From: an uncultured virus (IMG/VR IMGVR_UViG_3300048780_000186)
Lineage: Duplodnaviria > Heunggongvirae > Uroviricota > Caudoviricetes
Length of the DNA stretch: 64,000 bases
IMG/VR virus record: IMGVR_UViG_3300048780_000186
Direction: 5' to 3' (one strand)
Part shown: piece by piece, positions 56,556-64,000 of the stretch
Numbering within the stretch: the first letter of the stretch is position 1
Layout of the letters: the number at the start of each line of letters is the position of its first letter
Made by a program: the position numbers and the translations under genes
Notes under the pieces: model-generated
What the model was told of the DNA's origin: nothing
The model's input: only the letters and a program-made list of their open reading frames with translations
Database searches by the model: none

Positions 56556-57881
56556 ATGTCAAAGACCAAGGTCACTCCCGAACAATTCAAGGCAGAACTT
56601 GAACTGCAGGATCGGTTTGCGACAATCTTCCGCACGAACGGGTGGGACCCGGTCGCCGATAAGAATGTCGACATCAACGATGCCCTGGACATCCAGAACG
56701 CTGCCTTCATGATTCCGAAGGCGATGACGACCATCGTGCAGGAAGGGATCGAGCCGATGTTGATCGGCACCCACCTGCTTCAGAAGATCCAGTACAAGCC
56801 CGGCATGATGACCGTATTCCCGGCCGTCGAGCCTCTGCGTGCAGAGGAAACCGGCGACGGTATGGATCTGCCGATCTACAACATCAACATTGGTGGTGCG
56901 CAGTCCTTCGGGGTGACCGTCAAGCGTCACGGCCTTCGCCTGAAGATCGCCAAGCGGTTCGTCGAGGAATCGGCCTATCCCTGGATCAACTTCTGGCTGC
57001 GTCTGGCCGGCAATGCTCTCGCGCGTCACAAGGAAGAGTACATCTTCGACTTCATCACGAAGCTCGGCACGTTGGTCTTCGACAACGACCCGACCTCCCG
57101 CCTGTCCAGCTCCCCGCTGCAGCCGATCAAGGGTGTCACGACCGGCCGTAACTACAAGGGCGTGCTGAACGGCTCCATGACAGTGGACGACGTGTTCGAC
57201 ATGTACGCGGCTGTGTTGCTCAACGGCTTCGTGCCCGACACGCTCCTGGTCCACCCGATGGCGTGGCTGATGTGGGTCAAGGATCCTGTCCTCCGTGAGT
57301 TTGCCATCCAGGCAGGCGGCGGCAGCTTCTTCGCCAACTTCACCGGCAACCTCGCTGTGCTTGGCAACAAGTTCTACAACAACGGCGGACTCGGCATCGG
57401 CCAAGGCCAGACCGGGCAGTACACCAACGGTCACCTCACCGGCGGCGAAGTGTCGCAGGCGACTTCTGGCAACTACCAGAACATGACGTCGGCCCCGATC
57501 CTGCCGAACTACCTCGGCATTCCTTTCCGGATCCTGGTCAGCCCGTTCGTGAACTTCGATCCCGAGCAGCGCACGACCGACATCATGATGTTCAACAGCC
57601 GCAACCTCGGTGCCCTGATTGTGGCTGAAGAGCCTCATGTCAAGAGCTGGGAAGACGGCCAGTACAACATCCAGAACATGTCGATCGAAGAGACCTACGG
57701 CTTCGGCATCCTCAACGAGGGTCAGGCCATCGCGGTCGCCCGCAACGTGAAGATCCGCCCGAACGAGTTCGTGATGCCCGCCCGCACCGTGTACAACCTG
57801 TCGGATTCGGACAGCACCTACACCGATCTGGGCACGGCGCCGATCTTCGATCCGGCCAACCCGCTCAACGTCAACGCCTAA
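56556..57881 (+). CDS. major capsid protein (HK97 fold)
   Basis: 441 aa, strong codon bias, KRHGLRLKI, ALARHKEE, PDTLLVHPMAW, E.YGFGILNEG; terminator follows. Confidence 0.9.
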   Translation: MSKTKVTPEQFKAELELQDRFATIFRTNGWDPVADKNVDINDALDIQNAAFMIPKAMTTIVQEGIEPMLIGTHLLQKIQYKPGMMTVFPAVEPLRAEETGDGMDLPIYNINIGGAQSFGVTVKRHGLRLKIAKRFVEESAYPWINFWLRLAGNALARHKEEYIFDFITKLGTLVFDNDPTSRLSSSPLQPIKGVTTGRNYKGVLNGSMTVDDVFDMYAAVLLNGFVPDTLLVHPMAWLMWVKDPVLREFAIQAGGGSFFANFTGNLAVLGNKFYNNGGLGIGQGQTGQYTNGHLTGGEVSQATSGNYQNMTSAPILPNYLGIPFRILVSPFVNFDPEQRTTDIMMFNSRNLGALIVAEEPHVKSWEDGQYNIQNMSIEETYGFGILNEGQAIAVARNVKIRPNEFVMPARTVYNLSDSDSTYTDLGTAPIFDPANPLNVNA

Positions 57882-57907
57882 CCAACAGTCAGTTCTGTGC
57901 AACCATC

Positions 57908-57931
57908 GGGCGGCGGGCAACCGCCGCCCTT
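57908..57931 (+). terminator. hairpin/terminator after the capsid gene
   Basis: GGGCGGCGG-GCAA-CCGCCGCCC-TT. Confidence 0.7.
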
Positions 57932-58031
57932 CGTGTAGTGACCTGCAACCGTTTCTCAGCGAGGCCCGATGTATACGAAATTCAATCGGCCTAGACACAA
58001 ACACCCACCCTATGTAACCAAGGAGGTTTTC

Positions 58032-58268
58032 ATGGCAGCAATCGACGATCTTAACACAGCGGTCGCGGCGCTTCAGGCCGAGGATGTGCTGGTGCTGGCC
58101 GGACTTGCCAGTCTTCAAGCACAGGTCACCACGCTCAACACAACCATCGCCAACTCGCCGAACGTGGACCCCGCGATTGAGACCGCCGCGCAGGCGGTGC
58201 AGGCCGAGGTGACCAAGTTCCAGGCCGCGCTTGCACCCGCAGCTCCCGCCGTTCCCGCGGCCAGCTAA
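58032..58268 (+). CDS. small coiled-coil protein
   Basis: AAGGAGG RBS. Confidence 0.75.
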   Translation: MAAIDDLNTAVAALQAEDVLVLAGLASLQAQVTTLNTTIANSPNVDPAIETAAQAVQAEVTKFQAALAPAAPAVPAAS

Positions 58269-58366
58269 CCAAATCATGTCCAGGCGGAGGCCTTAAACTT
58301 CCGCCTGGCCAACCCTGAGTCTTTGGTAGATCTCCGCCTTTATCGACACTCGGAAGTGGAGATCCT

Positions 58367-58987
58367 ATGTCCAGTCTGATCGTGATGCCCGGCAGCGAAG
58401 AGTTCAAGAAAACGCTGGCCTCGATAGCAAAGGCGCCGAGCCGCCGGAAGCTTGTACAACCTGTCGACCTCGTAGGTCACACCTTGATGCTGAACACCGC
58501 CCTGGTGAAGACCTTCCAGTGTGGCGGCTTCGTCCTGGGCCCGAACCGGCCCATCGGTATTGTGGACGAACAGTCTCAGCAGATTCCGATCCGCAAGGCA
58601 TTGGAAGAGAAGAAGCTGATTGACGTCACCGGCAAGGACATGGCCACCAAAGGGTTCAAGGGAACCGGTGGCCAGACCTCGGCAATCACCGAAGAAGACA
58701 CCGGCAAGAAGGTATTCGTCGGCCGCGATCGCCGCGGCAACCTCTACATCGCAACTCCCAGATCCAAGACTGAAGCCAAGCGGTTCGAGCGCGAAATCCG
58801 GACGACTGGCACGCTCAAGAGCGTTGACTTCGAGACCGAGACCACAGGTCTCTGCGCCATTACCGAAGAGGTAGTGGAGTCCAGCGAACAGCCTGTCAAG
58901 AAGCCCGCGAAGAAGTCTGCGAAGAAGGCCAAGAAGAATGTCCGCACCCGTCGTACTTCAGGCAACGCCGTCCGATCAAGAAACTGA
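58367..58987 (+). CDS. hypothetical protein with basic tail
   Basis: GGAG RBS, CTTTGGTAG upstream. Confidence 0.75.
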   Translation: MSSLIVMPGSEEFKKTLASIAKAPSRRKLVQPVDLVGHTLMLNTALVKTFQCGGFVLGPNRPIGIVDEQSQQIPIRKALEEKKLIDVTGKDMATKGFKGTGGQTSAITEEDTGKKVFVGRDRRGNLYIATPRSKTEAKRFEREIRTTGTLKSVDFETETTGLCAITEEVVESSEQPVKKPAKKSAKKAKKNVRTRRTSGNAVRSRN

Positions 58988-59642
58988 TGTGGTTCTTGGC
59001 CAGGCGATCATCGTCGCTTTCGACCAGGCGCTCGACACCTCGACGCTGAACGATAGCACGTTCTCGTTGACGTTCCCCGCTCCAACTCAAGTTCTCACAT
59101 CGGGCCAGCTCGTTGCTGGCGAGGCCGCTCCTTCAACATTCAATGTTGAAGGAGCCTGGTCGTTCGCAGATGACTCAACAGGTCGCACGATTGCGACCTT
59201 CACACCCACAAGACACTTCCAGGAGAACACGCTCTACACGGCGATGCTGCTGGGCGCTGATGCGTCCCTTTCGACCGAAGACGTGATGAACCCCGCCGGC
59301 GAATCGATGAATGTCAGCTACCAGTGGACATTCACCACCGGCATTTTGAACCTGCTGACACCTCCACCTGTTTCTCCTCTTCTGGATGCATTTCCAGCCC
59401 TTCAGCTCGATCAGATCAAGGTCATTCCAAGACGGCGGATTGGCCAGGATTTGAGTCAGTCGTTCGACATTCTGTTTCCAGATGACATCGATCCGACCTC
59501 ATTTTCGGTCGAGGACCTTTACATGAGCATCGAGCCTCTCCTCGGGGATCCTACTGTATCTGTGCCGCAAGCTCTGCAGTATGCAGCCGTCATCACCGGT
59601 AACAAAATCCAGATCACGGTCACAGGTTGGCCGTCAAGTTAG
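58938..59642 (+). CDS. Ig-like (Big_5/SbsA-type) virion protein
   Basis: P.D.ETDV....I.V.FDQ.LD.STL, TFTP...ENT.Y, YQWTFTT. Confidence 0.75.
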   Translation: MSAPVVLQATPSDQETDVVLGQAIIVAFDQALDTSTLNDSTFSLTFPAPTQVLTSGQLVAGEAAPSTFNVEGAWSFADDSTGRTIATFTPTRHFQENTLYTAMLLGADASLSTEDVMNPAGESMNVSYQWTFTTGILNLLTPPPVSPLLDAFPALQLDQIKVIPRRRIGQDLSQSFDILFPDDIDPTSFSVEDLYMSIEPLLGDPTVSVPQALQYAAVITGNKIQITVTGWPSS

Positions 59643-59650
59643 GAAATGAC

Positions 59651-60103
59651 ATGTCACAACTTACACCGCACTTCGCAGACACTGAACCCGGACTGACTGT
59701 CCTGGCAGGTGCTGATTCCCACGTCATCGAGAATGTGACATTCCTCTGCGAGGAGGTTCTCGAACCCATCCATGACAAGTTCGGAGCTGTCCGCGTTCAT
59801 GACAGCTACCGCGATCCTGGCCACAACGCCCAGGTCGGCGGCAAGACAGCTTCCTTCCACCTTTGCATCGGCGGCCACGCCGCCGTCGATGTCGATGCGC
59901 CCGCAGTCTCGATGCAGGGTCTCTTCGACTGGCTGCGTCTCGAAAGCAAGCTTCCCTTCGACAAGGTCATCCTCGAGAAGAACAAGGCTGAAGTTCCGGC
60001 CTGCGTTCACATTCAGATCGACCGCCTCAATCCACCCAGGCGCCAGGCATTCATCGGCCACACCGGCGCCGCAACCGTGTACACCCCAGTGGAAGTCAAG
60101 TAG
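59651..60103 (+). CDS. peptidase M15A-type endolysin
   Basis: LTPHF, VLEPI, SYR...HN..VGG...SFH...AVD, VHI. Confidence 0.85.
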   Translation: MSQLTPHFADTEPGLTVLAGADSHVIENVTFLCEEVLEPIHDKFGAVRVHDSYRDPGHNAQVGGKTASFHLCIGGHAAVDVDAPAVSMQGLFDWLRLESKLPFDKVILEKNKAEVPACVHIQIDRLNPPRRQAFIGHTGAATVYTPVEVK

Positions 60104-60112
60104 GAGACCTTC

Positions 60113-60346
60113 ATGGCATACAGGATCGATCTGACAACCCGGAACGCTTCCATTGCGATCGTTCTCGGTTTGGACGTTCTCTTCTTCGCCGCCGCGATCG
60201 GTGCTTCCGTTCAACCTGCATTTGCAGACTTGAGCACGAAGCTCTGGGGCCTGTTTGCAGGCACCAACGGCGCGCTGATGCTCGCTCTGAACGCGAGCGG
60301 CGGCAACACCCCAACACCCCCAACACCAGCAGTGGCAGGCGCGTAA
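60113..60346 (+). CDS. putative holin
   Basis: 77 aa, two TM segments, directly after the endolysin. Confidence 0.55.
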   Translation: MAYRIDLTTRNASIAIVLGLDVLFFAAAIGASVQPAFADLSTKLWGLFAGTNGALMLALNASGGNTPTPPTPAVAGA

Positions 60347-61200
60347 TGAGACGCTTTCATCCTCGCTTTCAAGAACGAGCACTGAGATCCCGCCGGAAGT
60401 TCAAGCTTCCGGCGTGGTTCCTGCCTTTTGTGAAGGTTGCCGTCTTCGCGGTTCCGTTTGCGTTCCTTTGTGTTTGTCTCGGCCTGGCCGGCATCGAAGC
60501 TCGCAGGGCAACCGTTGGCCTGGAAGCCACTGACGAGGCGGCCAAGAACTTCATCGTTGACACCCAACAGCAGGTACATGTTGTGGGCAACAACACTAAC
60601 CACCTCATTGTTGAGGCAGGTCTCACCGCGAAGGAAGCGCGCCTGGCCGCTACTTCCCAGCGCCAGTTCTGGGATAACGAAGTTCCTGTCCTGGCGGCCC
60701 GCGCGAACGGAACCTTTGACCGCACCGACGCGCTGCTTGCCTCCTTCCGCAAGACCTCAGACGGTCTCGATGCCGATCTGACCACCATTACGAACGACAT
60801 TACTGACACGACGACCACGCTCAAACCAGCTCTGGTCGCCACCGCCGCCGCCGCCACATCCGCATCGATCATGGCCCAACAGGCCAGCAAGGATCTTGCC
60901 GATCCAAACATTCCGGCAACTCTGAAGAACATCAATGACGGTACTCATCAAATTGCTCTCACAGCTGGTTCCGTTGCTCACACTGCTGACAATCTGGATC
61001 GCAAGGTCGACAAGATGCTTCACCCAGGATTCTGGGGAGCCGTCAAGGCCTACACCGTGTTCGGGGCCCAGCTCGCCACCGACGCAATCGAGATGCACTA
61101 CTACCTGTCCTCAGTCGCCCCAGGTGCAACCGTCCAGACCGTCAAAGCAGCTGTCACGCACATCGCCAAACCCCTCACTCACCGGCCAGCAGCCAAGTAG
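60346..61200 (+). CDS. membrane-anchored coiled-coil protein (spanin-like)
   Basis: N-terminal TM segment, long helical body, lysis-cluster position. Confidence 0.5.
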   Translation: MRRFHPRFQERALRSRRKFKLPAWFLPFVKVAVFAVPFAFLCVCLGLAGIEARRATVGLEATDEAAKNFIVDTQQQVHVVGNNTNHLIVEAGLTAKEARLAATSQRQFWDNEVPVLAARANGTFDRTDALLASFRKTSDGLDADLTTITNDITDTTTTLKPALVATAAAATSASIMAQQASKDLADPNIPATLKNINDGTHQIALTAGSVAHTADNLDRKVDKMLHPGFWGAVKAYTVFGAQLATDAIEMHYYLSSVAPGATVQTVKAAVTHIAKPLTHRPAAK

Positions 61201-61252
61201 CTTTGGTAGTTCGGACCAACGCGCCACACTCACGATAGGAGATACACCCGTT

Positions 61253-61597
61253 ATGAGCATTTCATTCAAGTCCCTCGGACACGCCTTCGCCACTGCCTTC
61301 AAATGGGTGGCCAACAATGCGCCCGCCGACATTGCCAAGATCGAAGCCACCAAGACCGTTGTGGATGAGGTTCTTCCCGAAGTCCCGACATACGGTGGGG
61401 TTGCAACCTCTCTGGCCGATCTCGGCTATGCCGCGTTGGGCGAGATTGCTTCGGTCATCACCACAGGCACTGCTGCCCAGAAGCAGTCGCTCTCGGACGC
61501 AGGTCTGGACAACAGTGTGATCACCGCCATTGAAGCAGCCGTGAAGGGCTTCGGATCGATCGGCGGTTTCATCGCATCCCTCGTGTCCAAGAAGTAA
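61253..61597 (+). CDS. hypothetical protein
   Basis: AGGAG RBS, CTTTGGTAG upstream. Confidence 0.7.
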   Translation: MSISFKSLGHAFATAFKWVANNAPADIAKIEATKTVVDEVLPEVPTYGGVATSLADLGYAALGEIASVITTGTAAQKQSLSDAGLDNSVITAIEAAVKGFGSIGGFIASLVSKK

Positions 61598-61645
61598 CGA
61601 CCGGCCTAACAGTTAGGTAGATCGCGTGTAGTGATCTTCAACAAG

Positions 61646-61676
61646 CAGGAGGGCGGCTAATCCCGCCCTCTTGTTT
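61646..61676 (+). terminator. probable intrinsic terminator
   Basis: CAGGAGGGCGG/CCGCCCTCTTG stem then TTT. Confidence 0.6.
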
Positions 61677-61696
61677 CATGTCCAGCCGGAGCCTTC

Positions 61697-62344
61697 GTGA
61701 TCTATCCAGGTGATACGCACCAAATCGTATTCTCCCTTTCGCACGCAAACGGCACTACTCCTTCCGTGACCACGGCACCCCTCGTCACGGTGATCAACCT
61801 GACAACAGGTGCGGCTGTTGTGACCGCCGCGGCGATGACTCTGGTTGCCGGAACCTGCCTGGTCTACTCCTATGCGTGGAATACGGCCGGTATGCTGAAT
61901 GGTGACTACCTGGCAGTTGTTTCCTACGCCGCCGACGGCAACACCGTCAATGGCCAGTACCTTGATCAGATCAGGCTGGGCGACACCAACATCCCCGGGC
62001 CGGTAGCCCTCAACGCTACCGTGGCGCTCAATGCCACCGTGGCCAAGGATGCGACCGTAGCTCATCTCACGGATCTGGCGACGATCAATCCCAACACCTC
62101 GTCTGTCATTCTTGCCATCCAGGCCAAGACGGCCAACTTGCCGGCGATCCCCGCTGCCCAGTCCGACGTCACCGCGCTGGTTTCGTTTCTCACCGACATC
62201 CATGACACTGTTTTGGGAACCTGGATTGTCGACAAGACCCAGAATCCGAAAGTCCTGTCGTTTCTGCGTCTTAACGGAAGCACTCTTGCCACCTTCACGG
62301 TGACTGAGGACGACAATTCCGCGGCGCGCACGGTCAGCGCATAA
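61697..62344 (+). CDS. beta-rich virion protein
   Basis: Ig-like N-terminus (Y.Y.W.T...GDY) and a VALNAT repeat. Confidence 0.7.
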   Translation: MIYPGDTHQIVFSLSHANGTTPSVTTAPLVTVINLTTGAAVVTAAAMTLVAGTCLVYSYAWNTAGMLNGDYLAVVSYAADGNTVNGQYLDQIRLGDTNIPGPVALNATVALNATVAKDATVAHLTDLATINPNTSSVILAIQAKTANLPAIPAAQSDVTALVSFLTDIHDTVLGTWIVDKTQNPKVLSFLRLNGSTLATFTVTEDDNSAARTVSA

Positions 62345-62420
62345 AGAAGCCATCTTCCTATACTAGACACGACTGAGGGAGCGGTGTGCTCCCTCCATCC
62401 TCCCTCTAGGACGTCCACCC

Positions 62421-62738
62421 ATGGCCCTTTCTCAAGCAGCTGAAACCGAGCTTTTGACCAAAGTTCGAGAGATTCACGCAGTCTTCATTGGTATCGAAGG
62501 CCAGCCCGGCAGGTTTCAGGACCTGACAGCGACAGTACATGCACAAGGCAAGCGGCTTCGCGTGACCGAACGGTTTCAGTGGGTCTTGACCGGAGGTGGA
62601 ATCGTTCTGGGTTTCATCGCCTATCACTTCGAACACCTTCTGAATGCGGTGCTGGAGATCAAGAAACTGGTCCCTGCGGTTCCCGCGGGTCAGGTCACGA
62701 CAGGGTTCCTGCGTATTCCGGAGTTCTGGAGACTGTAA
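62421..62738 (+). CDS. small membrane protein
   Basis: Coiled coil plus TM segment; CCTATACTAG upstream. Confidence 0.65.
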   Translation: MALSQAAETELLTKVREIHAVFIGIEGQPGRFQDLTATVHAQGKRLRVTERFQWVLTGGGIVLGFIAYHFEHLLNAVLEIKKLVPAVPAGQVTTGFLRIPEFWRL

Positions 62739-63043
62739 TGAGCAGTGTTGGTAGCCCGCTTTCCTATACCGTTCCTGTCAGCCAGGATTACGGCGCGAGC
62801 GGGGCGCTCAGGCCCTCCTATCCCAACCTTCCAAGCTTCGTCCTCTACGCATTCCTCAGCTCAGACTGGTGTGTTGGCAACACCGACCCGGCCTATGCTC
62901 GAGGAGCCTACCAGCTGGATTCGACCGGAAACTGGCTTCTCAACCTGTTGCCGAATACCTACAATCTCGTGCTCATGAACGGGACCGGAACTGTGATTGT
63001 CTTCCAGTTCAACCTGGTGATCACGCTGCCTGCGAGCTCCTAA
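62738..63043 (+). CDS. hypothetical virion protein
   Basis: Coupled TAATG start. Confidence 0.65.
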   Translation: MSSVGSPLSYTVPVSQDYGASGALRPSYPNLPSFVLYAFLSSDWCVGNTDPAYARGAYQLDSTGNWLLNLLPNTYNLVLMNGTGTVIVFQFNLVITLPASS

Positions 63044-63045
63044 TC

Positions 63046-63777
63046 ATGCAGAATCTGATCTTCCACATCTCGTTGCCCAAGGGCATCAAGCTGGTGAATG
63101 GCGCGACCTTGATGAAGGACGTGACCTTCGACTTCATCAGCCAGATCACCCCGTACTACTCGACCATCGATATGGTCCGCCTGGCTGCCGGCCCGACCCT
63201 CAAGAAGCTCTCCGACATCACCATCGCCTGCCAGATCTACCGGTCCAGTAATGAAGCGGACCTGATCACTGCGGCGCGCGTCCCGCTTTCCGGGCTGCAG
63301 CACACTCGCCTGATAGGCAGCCGCTTGCAGTACGTGACGGCCCTGGCATCCCGCGATCTGATGTTGAACGTTGTCTCGCTGCTGGGCCCCGGCGCTCATG
63401 TGCTGGCAAACTTCTCCGTCGATCGCAAGGCGGACAATAAGCAGCGTCTGGCTGAGTTTGAGGATTCTCTCAAACTCTACGATGTGGTTCTCCGCAGCGG
63501 CGGCCGGGTGATGCCCGGCGGCCGCCCAGACTTCCACTTCGCTGCAAAAGGTGTTCTTGACTGGGCGGAGCGCACACCGGCGCGCACCTGGTTCGCCAAC
63601 GGCATGGGAGCCAATGCCAGTTCGATGGACCCCGGATCGCCGACAGGCGGCCGTGGCAAGCCCATCAAGTTCTTTGCATCCCCGACGTGCTCCCCGCCAA
63701 TGTCCTCCATGCGCATTGGTGTCTACCAGCCGGGCTTCCCCGTCTCCCAGTTCTATCCGTACGCGATGGGACAGTAA
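63046..63777 (+). CDS. putative neck/head-completion protein
   Basis: Position after the head module; PYYST.D.VR pattern; function is inference. Confidence 0.5.
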   Translation: MQNLIFHISLPKGIKLVNGATLMKDVTFDFISQITPYYSTIDMVRLAAGPTLKKLSDITIACQIYRSSNEADLITAARVPLSGLQHTRLIGSRLQYVTALASRDLMLNVVSLLGPGAHVLANFSVDRKADNKQRLAEFEDSLKLYDVVLRSGGRVMPGGRPDFHFAAKGVLDWAERTPARTWFANGMGANASSMDPGSPTGGRGKPIKFFASPTCSPPMSSMRIGVYQPGFPVSQFYPYAMGQ

Positions 63778-63795
63778 GAGGACTGGAGTTGAACT

Positions 63796-64000
63796 GTGGA
63801 CTTCTACCGGGACATCTCGGCGACCATCGACCTGCGCGAGGAGCTGCACTCCGTCATTCATGGCAGTGAAGAGATCGTCGGCCAGGGCCGCACTGTCATA
63901 TTGCGCCGGATGACCAACACAACCTGCCCCGGCTGCTGGGACCCAAAGACAGGCGGAAGCGTCCGGCCCAACTGTCGGTATTGCCAAGGCGAAGGCTGGC
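63796..64000 (+). CDS. partial Cys-rich neck-region protein (truncated by window end)
   Basis: GGAG RBS, GTG start, VILRR....CPGCW....CRYCQGEGW. Confidence 0.6.
   Translation, partial: MDFYRDISATIDLREELHSVIHGSEEIVGQGRTVILRRMTNTTCPGCWDPKTGGSVRPNCRYCQGEGW

Noticed and set aside
45402..58277. Long minus-strand ORFs (602, 567, 830, 572 aa) opposite terminase, portal, decoration and capsid genes
   Set aside because: Shadow frames caused by GC-rich codon bias; no motifs or RBS
1..64000. Stop-codon recoding, inteins or group I introns in core genes
   Set aside because: Core genes are continuous in code 11, end in TAA, TAG or TGA, and show no intein or intron signatures that I could see

Overview
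A 64-kb piece of a large, GC-rich dsDNA tailed phage (jumbo-like; standard genetic code, all three stop codons are used). Positions 1-28.7 kb are a minus-strand early/accessory block: NADAR, SLOG, macro-like protein, a secreted NucA-type nuclease, thioredoxin, an ATP-dependent ligase with a LigD-like N-terminus, two HNH endonucleases, many small hypotheticals and a ~1000-aa single-subunit two-barrel (YonO/RdRP-like) RNA polymerase. From ~29 kb the + strand carries GroES, phosphatases and the head module (terminase large subunit, portal, prohead protease/scaffold, decoration protein, major capsid), then lysis-like and neck genes. Two host-like inserts interrupt it: a PAS-GGDEF cyclase and a HEPN-like/Sel1 island. 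A remnant of an IS1380-type transposase hints at an Acidobacteriota-like host (inference). The most striking signal is a non-coding RNA cluster at ~3.85-5.2 kb (minus strand). It holds a covariation-preserved mimic of the 23S rRNA uL11-binding (GTPase-associated) domain split by a 198-nt structured insertion, a Leu-type tRNA body with a GAU anticodon and a 59-nt variable arm, a degenerate tRNA-like element and a kissing-loop RNA. A tRNA-Trp with a long variable arm lies nearby. An ~820-nt structured spacer with a hammerhead-like core follows the RNA polymerase gene, and three recurring intergenic motifs (CTTTGGTAS, CCTATACTAG, CTAACAGTTRG) mark gene starts. All family calls come from reading motifs by eye; no searches or folding programs were run.
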